Shown here piece by piece: positions 1 to 15,000 of a DNA stretch of 44,521 nt; the stretch's first letter is position 1, and the number at the start of each line of letters is the position of its first letter. The notes beneath the pieces are model-generated. The model worked only from the letters and a program-made list of their open reading frames with translations. It made no database searches and had not been told where the DNA came from. The stretch is from contig DFFS01000090.1 in NCBI GenBank assembly GCA_002371075.1, positions 1-44,521 on the forward strand, written 5' to 3'. This stretch comes from Christensenella sp. UBA3770. Lineage in GTDB: Bacteria > Bacillota > Clostridia > Christensenellales > CAG-1252. The translations under genes and the position numbers were made by a program.

Positions 1-3000
1 GATGAGTGCTACATCGTCAAAGACGGCGTGATCGTCATCGGCTCCGGTGCGTTTGGCGGTGCGAAGTATCTAAAGAGCGTCGTGCTCCCCGCATCCGTTT
101 CTTCCATTTCGCAAAACGCCTTCTACGGCGCGGAACAGATCATTGACATACAGGTCAACGGTCCCATCTCTTCGGTGGATACCGGTGCGTTTGGTGCCAC
201 CAACGAGAAGCTTGTCGTCACAGGGCTTTCCGAAGGCGCGCTTGAGATCTTCTGCACCGAAAACGGCGTGCGCTTTATGGAGATCACTCCCGCAACTTGC
301 TTCAGCTACACCACCGACGGTATGACGGCAGGCACCGCAAAGATCACCGGTCTGCAACCGCATACCTGCACGCATCACGTCAACGTGGTCGTTCCGATGT
401 ACATCGCAGGACTCCGCGTGACGGCAATCGGCGACAGGGCGTTTGCACATCAACAAAAGATCCAATCCATCGTGATCCCGCAGACGGTCATGAACGTCGG
501 TGTGGCTGCCTTTGCCGGCTGCAAGAACCTGACCAGCGTCTATCTCGGCGACAGTGTTTCTTACATCTCCAGCAAGACTTTTACCTCCACCGAGTCCTTG
601 ACCGAGATCTTTATCACTTCTCCCGAATTTAAGGTTTCCAACGACGCCTTCTACAATGCAGGCTATGAAGATCTTACCGTTTATCTTGACGACAACGATT
701 CTCTTAATGAAGTCAAGGAGATCATCTTGGAGAGCGGGGCGCGTACGGCGACAATTGAAGACATCGTCTGCTTGCGTTACAGCGTTGTCAACGGCAACGA
801 GATCAAGATCGCAGGTATCGCTTCGCACGTCTGTCCCAACGGGCACAATGGCATCGTGATCCCCGGCACCATTGACGGAAAAACGGTCACCGCCATCGCG
901 GACGGCGCCTTTGCGGGCAATAACACCGTGGTCAAGATCTATTTGCCGGAGACCATCCGCAAGATCGGCGACAGCGCCTTTAAGGGTGCGTCCAAGTTGT
1001 ATGATATCGCGTTCTACCATTACGAGGGTACGAAGTTTGTGGAAACGGATTCCAACGCGTACTTTGCAATGGACGGCGGCGCGTTGTATTCTTCCGACTT
1101 TAAGACCTTGTACGCTTACATGACGGCAAGAAGCGAAGTGGAGATGAACGTCAACAGGAACACCCGCTACGTAAAGTCCAACGCTTTCTTCAATGCGACC
1201 AACTTGCTTTCCATCACCTTCCTTGAGGATCTGTACGAAAGCGGCATTGCGATCGCTGCATTGACGGGCGTAAATCAGAACCTGATCGTTTATACGCCGT
1301 CGACGACCTCAAAGGTCTATTTGGCGCTTTCTGCGGGCTCTCCTGCAAATTATCAATTGAAAGCGGCAACGGAAGCCACCGGCTTTGCATACCAGTATCT
1401 TGACGATGAGGACAACACCGTTGCGATCCTCGGTCTCACAGCGGCATTCAAATTGAGCCACTTGTTTGATGCGAGCGATACTCTTGTTATCCCGCAGTTC
1501 ATCAACGGCAGAAGGGTGTCCACCATCGCAAAGAATGCCTTTGCCGGTTTGGAATTCGGCGCGGTCGTGTTCCCGGACGGTTTGATCCGCATCGGAGAGA
1601 TGGCGTTTGCAAACTGCGTCAACCTTTCCAACGTGATCTTCCCCTCCTCTTTGGAAACGGTGGAAAAGATGGCGTTCAGCGGTTGCAGCAACATGTTTGA
1701 GGCGTACTTCCTCGGCGCGGCAACCTCCCTTGGCGAAAGCATCTTCAACAACACGATGAGCGTTGCGCTCGGCGCCAAGAGGAACTTTACCGCCTTTGGT
1801 CCCACCACGACGTACATGACGGAATACTTTGAGGAGAACGGGGTGGACTACAACACCTGCGCTTCCGTGCTGTGCTTCAATTATGAGGTGCAACAGGGTA
1901 ACTTCATTTACATCGATTCCATCAAGGATCACGTGTGCAATTCCAACCATAAGGTGATCCACGTTCCCGACAAGATCGACGGCAAGAGCGTCATCGGCAT
2001 CAATGCCGCCAAGATGTTTGTCGGACTCAGCACGGTGGAATCCGTGACGTTACCCGACGATATGGAGCGCATAGAGGATGGCCTCTTTAAGAACTGCAGC
2101 TCTCTTGTTTCCGTCAACGTTCCGAGTGGGTTAAACTACATCGGCGCAAACGCCTTTGAAAACTGTGTTTCGCTTGAAAAGATCGTTTTCCCGAGCTCGC
2201 TTACTCGCATCGGCAATTACGCGTTTAAGAATTGCCACGGTTTGACGGACGTTGTCGTTCCCACCGATTGTCAATCGCTTGGTGAGGGCGCATTCTACGG
2301 TTGTAGCGGTCTTGAGCGCATCATGTTGCCGCGTCAAATCACAACGATCAACGATTATTTGTTCAACGAATGTTCTCGCTTGAATACGCTTTCCTACGTG
2401 GATGCTACCGGCGTTGTAAATTACGGTTTGAGCAAGGATGTAGTCAGCATAGGAAAGTACAGCTTCTACGGTTGTTCCTCCTTGCAAAACGTGTTTGTCG
2501 GCGTATATGGCAGTTTGACCTCTCTCGGTGAAAAGGCTTTTGCATACTCCGCACTTTCCGAGTTCGAGCTGTCCAAGAAGATCACAACGCTCGGTGACGG
2601 TGTGTTTGCCGGCTGTACTTCACTTGACATAAAGGACGGCGGCAACGCCACATACTCTTTGGATGATTCGGGCGGTATCATTTACCTCTCCGAGACCATC
2701 AAGGCAGTAGCGGAAAGCGGTTCGGAGCAAAACGACACAACCTTCTCTATTACGAACGGAGCTTTGAACTACTTCTTTGGTGAGGTGTCTATCGACGCAT
2801 ATGGCAGCGTTGTTGCGCATTCCGATAACGTCACCGGGAAAGGCGACAGCGACGGTAACCATGGCAACAGGCTCAACATTCCGGAAACACATGGGGAATG
2901 GGATCCGTATACCAGTGCTTGGGTCAGTTATTCTTACTCAAGTTCAAACGGAAAGAGTGGTACCTTGTCGGGTAGTACGATCAAAACGCACTTTGACTTA

Positions 3001-6000
3001 GGTGTCGGTCCGTATGCGGCTTGGAAGGATACCGGTAAAGAGTATTATGGTGCCCTTGGCGGCGGCGATTATACCATTATATTTACCGTTACGATTGCAC
3101 ATAAGCAAAAATATGATGACGGTTGGTTGACCAAGAGCAAAACGTATTATTATGATTACAGTTATGTGATTACCTTTACCGTTAACGATATCACCTCCGT
3201 TTGGTACTACAACGTTCCGAGCGACGAGGGAGGAGAAGATATTTCCGCAACGGTAAACGCCATTGTCACAAATGCCGATTCGAGCGCTCCGCAAGGTGCG
3301 ATCGCTTTGGGCGCAAAGTATGGAGCAGGGGACTATTTCACAAACGGTGACGATCCGTTGTTTGACTTCGATTACATAACCGATGACGGTGAAGTTACCA
3401 TCAATATTAAAGATGCGCCTGTCTTTGCCGCAATGTCCGGCTATTTGATCGTTCACTTTGAGGTCTCCGGGTTGCCCAGCACCACAAAGAGTTTTGAGCT
3501 CAGCAAAGTGGCAAAAACCGAATTTACGCAATACACCACCATCCACACCGTGCTGGCAAGTATGACCGGCAAAATGGTTTTGGAGTGTGATGATGAGCTT
3601 TCGGTCGTCATCAAAAATGAGGAGGATTGCGTTCTCGGCGCAGCGATCGACAAGGGTGAAGAGAACGCAAACTTGCTGACCTATCAGAGTGCATACGTCA
3701 AGGTCATGTCGGGTACGACGCAGCTCTTTACGAACACGTATGCCGCCGCAAGGTCCTCTAACATCCTTAATCTCCCCGATGCTGCGGTAGCAGGTAAGTT
3801 CCAAGTGGAGTACAACCTCAGCGCGATCAAGAAATTGACCGGCGCAGGCGCTTCGGCAACGGTCACTTTCTACTCTGACGATACTTATGAGACTGCATTC
3901 TCCACTGTGGTGTTTAACATTGCGCGGCCTTCTGTCAACAACGGCTACTTTGTAAAGGTTACGGCGACGTACAACAACGTGACGATCTACGGCGAGAAGA
4001 AAGATAAGACCTATGTGTTTAAGAACAACGATCTTGCCGCGGCGATTGCCGAGGCAAACTTGCCCGGACCGTTGCTTGCCATCAGATCGGTGACGGAGTT
4101 TGCCTTGGAGGGATGCTCCGAGCTTGATTCGCTCTCCATCGGAGAGGGCGTGGATACGATCGGCGCCGGCGCGTTGATCAACACGCAGGGCATCGCAGAG
4201 ATCGGTGTAAACGAGCAAAACGATTACTTTGTGCTCTACAAGATCGATCCCAACGATCCGACCTACGCTTATTCCGGCGGCGGATTGTATAAGAAACTTG
4301 CCGGCAACAAGTTGGCGCTCATCGCCTTCCTCGGCAGCAACACCGTCACGGAGTTCACTCTCCCCGACAACTGCACAGAGATCGGCGACTATGCCTTCTC
4401 GCACAACACCACCATTCAAAAGGTGGATCTTAACAACGTGACCAAGATCGGTAAAAAGGCTTTCTACGGTTGTACGGCGTTAAAGTATATGACGCTTCCC
4501 GCGGGCGGCGCCGCTTCCGGTTACAAGTACGGCGATCGTGCGTTTGAGGGTGCCGGCATCGAGTCGGTGTACTTTGACGGCGATTTCCAATACGTGGGAC
4601 AACTTGGTGAGATGATGTTTGGCGAAAACTACGATGTCACCGTGTATGCAAAGTACGACAGCGGCAGGATCGCAGAGTACTTTGCAGATTATTACGGACA
4701 CACCATTCGTGTGGTCAAAACCACGGATATTTCGTTCTTTGCTTACGAGACGATCAACGGCAATGAGATCAAGATCAAAAAGTACGTTGGCTCCGATAAG
4801 GAGGTGATCGTGCCCGATATGATCGAGAATAAGAAGGTGACCGTGATCGGCGATGCCGCCTTTGAGGGCACCTCCGTCGTAACGGTAAAGTTGCCTTCCT
4901 ACATCACGCTTATCGGTGACTACGCATTCAGCGACGCAACTTCTCTTGCGGAACTGTACGTCAATTCCGATCCGACCATCAAGCAGAATCTCTTTAACAA
5001 CCACAACTCCTCCTTGATCGTCTACGGCATCACCGCAAGCGAATTGGACGACTACTGCGAGTCCATCGGCGTGACCTTCAACCTCGGCACCACGTGGGGT
5101 TGCTTCACGTATTCCGAAGACAGCACCGTGACGATCACCGGGCTTAACCAGCACGAGTGCAACTCTTCGCACAAGCATCTGATCATTCCGAACTATATCA
5201 ACGGCAAGTTGGTGACGGAAATTGCAGCGGATGCCTTCAACGCGATCAAAAAAGACGTTTCCGTCAGGGATGAGTACCGCGCGATCGAGTCGGTTACGAT
5301 CCCGGCAAGCGTCACGACCATCGGCGCAGGTGCGTTTGCAAACAATCCGTCATTGAAAGTGCTGCGTTTCCAAAATACGACGATGGAGTCCATCGGCGCA
5401 AGCTACTATGACGAAACCAACGACTGTCAGTGCAACACCTTCGGCGACAACACTGCTTTGGTTGTTTACGCCTCTGAGATGGATAGTACGATAGTTAAAA
5501 TGTTCTGTCAAAACGAAGGCATCGAGTATCATGCCGTCGCCACTTTGGACGACATCGAGTATGAGGAGATCAACGGCAGCTACGTTGTGACCGGTATTTC
5601 CATTACCGGCAGCGGCAACGTGATCCTCCCCGACATGATCTACGGCAAGAAGATCACGGAGATCGCCAAGTTTGCCTTCCAAAGCAAGGAGTATGCTTCC
5701 GTTACGCTTGGCAAATACGTCACCAAGATCGGTGAGCACGCCTTTGACAGTTGTACTAATTTGAAGGTCGTCAGCCTCCCCGACGGCTTGAAGACCATCG
5801 GAGAACTTGCGTTTAACGAGTGTACCGCTTTGACGGCGTTGTTCATCCCCTCCTCGGTCAACGAGATCGGCGATATGGCGTTTGCGGGCTGCACGGCGCT
5901 TAGGACGCTGCGCTTCCTCGGAGACGTCAAGACCATCGGCAACAACGTCTTGATGGGTATCACGATGACTTACGGTTCCACTTCCGCAAACGCGCCCAAG

Positions 6001-9000
6001 TCGGTTTCCTTCTTGCAGGTCAGGAAAGACGCGACCAATTTGTACAATTACTTCTGGACCAAGTGCAACGTTCGCGCCACTCGGGTGGAAGACATTTCCG
6101 TCTATAGAAGGTGGGAAGAGTGCTATGAGTACAACGTGCTCATGGATGAGTATGACGAACTGTACGTTGAGATCATCGGCTTGAAGGATCACATTTGCGC
6201 AAACGGCGGTCACGGCGATATTTATATCCCCGAATCCATCGGCGGCATCGTCGTCAGGTCTGTTGCCGACAAGGCGTTTGCAGGGGTGACCACCATCCGT
6301 TCCGCAAGCTTTGAGTCAACGGGATTGGGCGGTCTCGTCACGCTTGGCAACCGCGCCTTCTCCGGGTGCTCGCTCCTTGGTGAAGTGGACCTCGGCCCCG
6401 TGCAGATCATCGGCGACGGCGCCTTTGAAAATTGCGCTCTATTGTCCAAGATCACCACGAAAGGAAGCAGCATCAGCGCGATCTCCGACAACGGCTCGCT
6501 CGGTATGGCGGGTGTCTTTGCAGGTTGCGTTAACCTCAAAGAGATCGCCGGATTGACAGGCTTGAAAGGTCTGTTGGCAAGCAACGGCGTGATCTATCGC
6601 TCTACGGGTGCCGCGTGGGAAGCAAAATACGTTTACGATTTGACCGGTGAGGTTTTGAACCTTGACAAAGCTACGTCGATTGACAGTAATGCCTTTAACT
6701 CGGTCGATACAAGCGCCGTTAAGATCATCAACATCCCCGAGACGCTTTCTTCCATGCCGTACGCTATGCTTACGCGCTTTACCAATTTGGAAGAAGTCAA
6801 CGTGGCGGGCGCTGACGGCACGTTCAACCTGACGGGCACCGGCTCCTTGGGTACCGGCGTTACGGTGTATATTCCTTCCGGCAAGTCGACCAACATCGGT
6901 TCGTACGTTGAAATCAACAATCCCGCGCACTTTGATTACACTGCTGTTAAAGAAGGCGAAACCATCGTCGGCGTTGAGATCAAAGCCAACGACGATTTTA
7001 ATGCGACGACGTTGACCTTGCCGCACTACGGTTACGTCGACGGCGTGTGCTATCCCGTCATCGGCATTGCGGATAACGGCTTTGAAGGAAAGGCTATCGA
7101 AACGATCAACGCGTTGCACGTCTCTTACATCGGCAAAGAAGCCTTTAAGAATTGTACCTCTCTTGTCACCGCAAGGCTCTACGAGGGCAAGGTTGACGTT
7201 TTGGAAGAGATCAAAGAGGACGCCTTCTCCGGTTGTACCGAATTGAAGTATGTTTACCTCGGCAAGTCGCTTACCGTCATTGACGGCAACCCGTTTGGCA
7301 GTTGTCGCATCGACAAGAAGGCCGGCGCAGTGTTTGCGATCGATCCGGACAACACCCGTTACACCAGCAAAGTGGACGGTGTCAACGTCAACATGATCCT
7401 CAGCAAGGATGCCGTCACGCTCTATGCTTCTTACGCGACGGGCGACGTGGTCGTGCCGGACGGCGTGGTCAAGATCTTGTCCGGCGCCTTCAAGGGTAAG
7501 GACATTACCTCCATCACGATCCCGACGTCGGTGCGTATGATCGCAAAAGACGCGATCGTCAATTGTTCCGATTTGACCTCGCTCACCATTCTGTCCGAGA
7601 ACTTGACCGTCGGTGAGTTCCAAAAGGGCAGTGGCGGCGCAGGCATCGTTACTAGGTCGCAGTGCGCATCTTCCTTTACCGTATTTGCGGTGGAGGGCAC
7701 GATCGTGGAAGATTACGCAAACTGGAATAATATTCCCTTCCGCGCAGTCGTCTCCACAAACGCGATCACCTTTGCCGGCGGCGTTATTACCAAGGTCAAC
7801 ACCGATATGCTCGGCAAGGTTTTGATCGTGCCGACAAATTACTATGAGGGCACCGCTCTCGTACCCGTCACCAAGATCGCGGCAAACGCTTTCTACGGCG
7901 CAAAGCAGGTGGACGAGATCTATCTGTCCTATCATCTTGCGGAGATCGGCAGCGCTGCCTTTGCGGGCATGACGTCACTGAAGAAAGTGATCTTTATGGA
8001 CGACGGTCCCGCCGCTTTCAGCAGCCTGATTATCGGCAAGAACGCCTTTGCGTACAGCTATTCCTTGAGTGAAGTCCACTTCGAGAGCTATACGACCAAC
8101 ATGACCGTCGACAGCACGGCATTCCGCGCAAGCGGCAGCAACTTGACGGTCTATGCGCCCAACCTCAGCAACGAACTTACCAAACTCCGTGCTTTACAGG
8201 GCGTTGTGGCAACTTGCGAAGTGTCTTATTCAAGATGTCTTGCAACGCAAGATCTAAATGCAAATGAGACGATCCTCACCGGAGTAAACCCGGTCTATGC
8301 GCTGGATACTTCTGTAAACGGAACGACTTATAAAAAGAATACCTACTATTACAAGGACGCCGGCGTATATGTCCTCAGCGAATCGGATACCTATGATTCT
8401 GGCAAGTTGTATTATAAGCAAGTCGGTTTAACCAACAAACTTTTGATCCCAGAGTATATCAACGGGAGAAAGGTCGTCGGCGTCAACATCGGCACGCCGA
8501 GCTCTTTGACAGGGTTTACGGGACTCTTCTTGCCGGATACCATCACGTATATCGCCGCAGGTAGCTTCTCCGATACGAACGTTACGGAGGTGGTCATCCC
8601 CGACGGAGTCCAAACGATCGATGACGGCGCCTTCTGTGCAAAGTATGCCGATCTGCATGTTTATTACGACGGAGACGCGATCGACGCAAATGTCTTTGCC
8701 AATGCAAACTATACAGTGTATCTGCACACCGGTGCGACGGTGACGCATCTGAGCGACGGTGTGGAAAAGGTTGCCGTTTCGCCCGCATCCTACTTCACTT
8801 ATGAAGTTGTGAGAGGTAGGGAAGTCGTTATCACCGGCTTGACCAATGCCGGCAAGTCCGAAAAGGAAATCGTCCTCCCGACCTATCTGAAAGGCAGAAA
8901 GGTCACAAAGATCGGCGACGGCGCATTCGCGCACAATTCGACGCTGGAGAAGCTCACCATCTCCAAGTACGTTTCCGAGATCGGCAACAACGTGTTTGTC

Positions 9001-12000
9001 GGCACCTTTGAAAACGTAAAGAACGCCGCAACCGAATTCCTGCTCTTTGAAACGGGTAACGAATCCTTTGAAATTTCGCAACCCGGACCCGAGCAGGCAA
9101 AAGAGGATATCCTTATTCTCCGCGACGCCGGTCCTGAAGATGCGTACACAACGATCTACGCCGTGTTCTCCGTTTTGGAAACCCCCGATGGGGAGGACAG
9201 CGTGGTGTTTACCTTCTCTGTGGCCGACAGCGTAACGGAAATCAAAGAAGGTGCGTTCGCGGGTGCATACTCGTTAAGGAAGATTTACGGAAACGCTTAC
9301 TTCAGGGGTGAATCCGACAACACCGCGCTTGTGAAAGTGGGCGACGGTGAGGGCGCAAATTCCGTGTTGATCACGGTGCTGCGTACTTGCAGCAAGTTTG
9401 AGATCGCCACAAGCGACGTCTATCGCGTGGGCGCGTACGCTTTCTATGGATGCACCTTGTCAAAGATCATCAGCATCCCCGAGACGGTCAGTGAGCTTGG
9501 CGAAGGCGCCTTTGAAAACAGCAAAGCGCTTAGCACCATCTCGCTTCCCGGTGGTATTTCGTATCTGCCGGCGCGCCTGTTCTACGGTTGCTCGTCGCTG
9601 ACGGGCGTCAGCATCCCGAACGGCGTCAATTCCATCGGTGCGTTTGCATTCGGCAAGTCTGCGCTGAAGAGCATCGACTTTACCGCGCTTGATTTGCTTA
9701 CCACCATCGGCGATTCCGCCTTTGCATACTGCGAAGAGCTCACCTCGATCAGTTTTGTTGGGACAAACGTGACCGCCATCGGCAAAGACGCCTTCCGCGG
9801 TTGCTCCAAACTCGGCAGCATTGACCTGTTTACCGTCAAAGACGAAGAGACGAACGCGATGAGCAGTGCGCTTGCGGAGATCGGTGCGGGCGCATTTGCG
9901 GGCACGGCGATCACGGAGATCATCTTGCCGGATAACGTCATGGCAATCTCGGATAGCTTGTTTGAGGATGCGACGCTCTTAAGATCGGTCATTGCCAAGG
10001 GCACCGTTACAAGCGTCGGAAAATACGCCTTTAAGGGTGCAACCTCTTTGACCGCCATTCCGGAGACCATCCTTCCCACCTTGACCTTTATCGGCGAGGG
10101 AGCATTTATGGAGAGCGGTTTGCAGGAGGTCTCCTTGCCGCAGGGCGTCACCGAGATCGCTCCCGCGACGTTTAAGGATTGTAAGTACTTGACCAGCGTC
10201 ACCTTGACATCCTCTCTCAAGAAGATCGGCAACAGCGCGTTTGAGGGCTGCGACGGTAGGATCGGACTGAACGAATACACCTACGTTGCGGTTTCCGGCG
10301 GCAAGGTCACCCTTGTGGACGACACCGATGCCGAGGACGTCAAGACGGTTTCCGTCAAGACAACAACGGTTTCCGGAAACGTTTATTCCACCGTTGTCAA
10401 CGGGCACAAGATCCGTGCGGTCGGCGACAAGATCGTGGTGGACAACCGCTTCAGCGGCACCGCTTACGAGGATGAAGTGACCGGTGAGATCTACCGCGTT
10501 GCGATTGTGGATGACCTCAAGATCGATCTCAGAAAGATCGGCGGAGAATACGTCCTGCGCATCATGCTTGACGACGGCGGTCGTATGAATGGCGTCAAGC
10601 TGAGCAAGAGCTTCGGCATTACCAAGATCAACCTCGGCATCCGCGTTTCGGAGATCGGCAAAAGGGCATTTGCCAACACCGCTATCGAATCGGTCAACTT
10701 GACCGACAGCGTGGTCACCGTCGGCGACGAGGCGTTTGCCTACAACGACAGCTTGCAGAGCGTGCTTATCGGCATGAGGCTCGAGACCATCGGTTCCGGC
10801 GTCTTCCGCGGTACGCCCAATCTTTCCGGCGTTGACGTCAACAAGAAGAATACGCACTTTAAGTCGGACGACGACAAAGTGCTGTATATGTATGACGAAA
10901 CGCAAAACGGTTGGATCTTAAAGTTGTATCCGGCAGGGCGTGTGCCTGCGGGCGATCTTGCCTTTGTCATTCCCGCCGAAGTGGTTGGCGTGGACGAGGG
11001 CGCGTTTGACGGCTGCAAGCTGGAGAGCGTGATCGTGCAAGACGGCGTAAAGAGCATTGCCAAGGGTGCCTTTAACAATGCGGGCAGCTTGAAGACGGTC
11101 TTCTTCGATGCGGATCTTGCGATTTCCGCCGACGTCTTTAACAAATATAACGAAGAGACTCAAGAGGAAGAAAGAATATCTGTCGAGCTTGACGTCCCGA
11201 TGTACGGCACGCTTGCAACGTTCTGCGAAGAATACTTCTCCACCGGCAACGTAACCTACAAACTCCATACGCCCAAGTCGTGTTTCAAGTACGAGACAAA
11301 CGAGACCACCGTCAAGATCACCGGGATCAAGGGAGATTGCACGCATAGTCACGAGGTCCTTGTCGTGCCCGATTACATCGACGGACGCAGGGTCACCAAG
11401 ATCGGCGATCTTGCCTTTGCCAATGCCGGCATCGTTAACTTGAAGCTCCCGAGGCTCCTTGATGAGATCGGCGACGGCGCCTTCTACGGCAACGAGCTTG
11501 CAACCATCACGATGGACGGCACGGTTACGGAAGATGCCGGTGAGGAAAAGACAAGCAACGGTACTTTTGAGATCGAAAAGATCTATTATGAAGAAGAGTT
11601 GCAATACACCACCTTGACCAACGTACAGAGCGACGTGCTGATCGCTTACATCGGCGGCGTTTCTGTGGATTACACGCTTCCGGACGACGTGCATACCGTC
11701 GGTTACGGCGCGTTCTACAAGGCAAACGTCACGGAGGTTGACCTCACAAGCGCCTATCGCATCGAAACCGCTGCATTCTTCGAGTCCGAGCTCAGTTCTG
11801 CGGAAGGACTTGAAAACGTTACCTGGATCGGCGACAGTGCCTTTGAAAACACCGCCGTCACGACCTTTACGTTCGGCGCTGATCTTGCGCACGTCGGCAG
11901 CGCGGCGTTTGCGGGCACAAACGTCACATCCATCACATTCGGGGACGTGACTGACAACGGATTCTACCGTTACGAGAACAATTTGCTCTACGAGTACGGT

Positions 12001-15000
12001 GACGGCAAGATGACCAACAGCATGACGTTGCACACCGTATTTAATGCTTATGTCGAAGATGCGACGAATGCGGGCGACTTCCTTACCGTTCCCGATAGCT
12101 TTACGGTGGAAGGAGACGGCGAGCCTGTTGAATACGTCCTTGCCATCATCGGCGCGTATGCCTTCAAGAGCCTTGACGTCAGCGGACACAACGGCATTGT
12201 CATCATTCCGTCCGTTGCAAGGAATCTTACCTTGGCGGAAGGCGCCTTCCTGAACGACACCATTGACGAAGTCCATTTTGAAAGCAGGGTGGATGCCGAG
12301 GCAGACGAAGATAAATTCTACTTTGATGAAGATGCCTTCGTCTATTATCCGCAAGGATCCGATCTTACCGCTTCGCTTGTGGCAAGCCACCATGGCAAGT
12401 ACCTTGCCTTTACGCCCAAAGAGTCTTTGGATTATGTCTCTGAGGAAAATGATACAGTTGTCAGAGTAAAGGGCGCAAAGGGCGTAGTAAACGATCTTGT
12501 CATCCCTGTCTACATCGACGCAAAACTTGTAACTGCCGTCGGCAACGACAAGGGCGCTTCGGGCTTCTCTTCCGGCAGGATCGTAAACCTCGTGGTGACC
12601 GACCGCGTGACCTCACTTGCGGCGAATGCGTTTAATGGTTGCACCACGTTGCGTGACGCAAAACTCGGCGAGGGCATCACCGTGATCCCCGACGGTTTGT
12701 TTGAGGGTTGTACTCTCTTGAAGACGGTCACGATGTCTTCCGAAGTTACCACGATCGGCGCGGCTGCGTTTAAGAGCACGATCCTGACGGCGATCCCCGT
12801 TGTGGTCAATGGCGGCACTGCAAACGTGATCGAGATCGGCGACAGTGCCTTTGAAGGCGTCCGAAGCCTTACCGAGATCAAATTCTGGGGTACGCCGACA
12901 GGTAAGTTGACCGTTGGCAACAACGCCTTTAAGGATTGCAACAACTCCGCGATCACCATGATCGACGTTCCCGCTTGGGTCAAACTCGGAACGGGCGTGT
13001 TCTACAGCAAGAGTAATTCGCTCTCCTACCTCCTGTTTGAAGGAGATCAATGGGAGACGAGCACCAACGTCACGGCGCTTGCTTTGGATGCGTTGGATGA
13101 TATGACGAAATGCTTTATTAACCTCTCCAGCCCGTACTTTACGAAGGTCAGCGTTTCAATGAGCGCGACCAGACTCAGAAAATACTTTACGATCCTCGGC
13201 AATTATAAGAAGGTTACTTTGACGAGCGAAACGTATCAAGCCAATAAATACTATGTCTATAACGCAACCAGCAAAGATCTTGAGCAGGAAGGAGTCTCGG
13301 CGGAGTTTGATGCGGATAAGACGTATTATGAGAACGTCGAAAATGCAACCATAATGGGCAAATGGAGTTGCTTCACCCCCGACGAATGCTTTGAGTGGGC
13401 AGAGGAGTCCGGCACGGGCAACGTCATCGTGAAGGGATTGAAAGCGAGCGTGTTGAACGGAAGTGATGCGACGTTAAAGGGTTACATTACGGATGCGCAG
13501 TACGGCAACGGTGCGCTTCTGATCCCCGAATATTACGAGGGTAAGCCGGTCAGGATCATCGGCAACAATCTCCAATTCGGCGCAAACGATTTCATTACGA
13601 AAGTGGTGATCCCGGATAGCGTCACAAAGATCGCGGCGAACGCCTTCTACGGCTTCAATGCGGCAAATATAACGGTGGTGTTCGGTGACAATACGCAGAT
13701 CACCGAGATCGACACTCATGCCTTTAAGGAGGTTGACGTCAAACAGATCGTCATTAAGGGCAAGAACCCCTTGACGATCGGTGAAGAGGCGTTCATCGGC
13801 ACTTCGCTTACCACGCTTACCATCTCAAATGCCAACACCATTGGAACCAAAGCGTTCTACGGTATCGGTATTAAGACGGTCGACTTGATCTTCACGGGTG
13901 ATAATGCAACCATCGGCGAATATGCCTTTGCGTTTGCAAGCAACGGGAATACGATCGCCGGCGCGGCGCTTGCCGTTAAGGGCACGATCAGCGAGATCAA
14001 GGCGCACGCCTTTGAAAACAACGACGTCGGCGTTTGGGCATTCGATGCAAAAGCGACTACGATCGGTGACTATGCTTTCAGTTATGCCAAAGTCACCGCG
14101 GTGCCCGTTAACGTCGAAACGATCGGTGACTACGCATACCTGGGCGCAAGCATTCGCAAGAACGGCGTCGGTAACGTGGTCGTGACCGACGTGGTTAGCG
14201 TCGGTAAGGGCGCGTTCAGCGGCAGCGACATTACGGGCTTCTGCTTCGGCTCCGAGCTTGCAACCTTCTATTCGGACAACGCAGATAACGAGGGCAGCTT
14301 GCATGACACCAAAGATCTTGTCGCTATCACGTACGGCGACAAAGACGTCAGCAACCCGTGGTTCGGCGTCAAAAAGAACGTGATGTACACCAAGGACGAG
14401 GAGAACAATCGCTACGTAGCCATCAAATTTGCTGAGAAAGCAAACGGCGAAGTGGGTGACTTCAGCATACTTACCGAGATCGGTTACGGAGCGTTCCGCG
14501 GCAGCTTGTTTACAAAGGGCAAGTTCGACGTGGTCGCGATCGGCGATTATGCCTTTGCGGGATGTACCTCTCTCGTCAGCGTAAACAACACCAAGTCGGG
14601 TGGGGCGATGTTCGGCAGCGGTCTCAACGCGATCGGCAAGGGCGCCTTTGAGGGTTGCACCGCCATCAAGAAGATCGAATTGCAAGGTTTGACCTCCTTG
14701 ACGATCGGCGAAGACGCGTTTAAGACTTGCTCGGCGCTTGTGGAGGTTTATCTCTCCGCATCGCAAATTGCGATCGGGTCAAACGCATTTGCTGTAGATA
14801 ATCCCGTTACAACCGAATCGGTTGAAAAGATCTCTCTTGCAACCTTGGACAGCGCTAACATTACGATCGCAGATGGCTATACCTTTACGGCAACCGTCAT
14901 CTTCGTGCCCAAGTACAGCACCGAGCAGGCAACCGCCATCAATTCCAAGCTCACCGCGGATCACAAGATCTTCTATACGCCCACCGAGTGCTTGAGCGTC

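Noticed and set aside
28-30. GTG start given for the 5,096-aa ORF
   Set aside because: The frame is open from base 1 in mid-repeat and there is no RBS; the real start is upstream of the window.
70-14766. Many long antisense ORFs (up to ~500 aa) opposite the LRR giant, and similar ones opposite pilM, pilN, pilB and tkt
   Set aside because: They are shadows of the biased codon usage of the sense genes, with no recognisable motifs, and lie fully inside confident genes.
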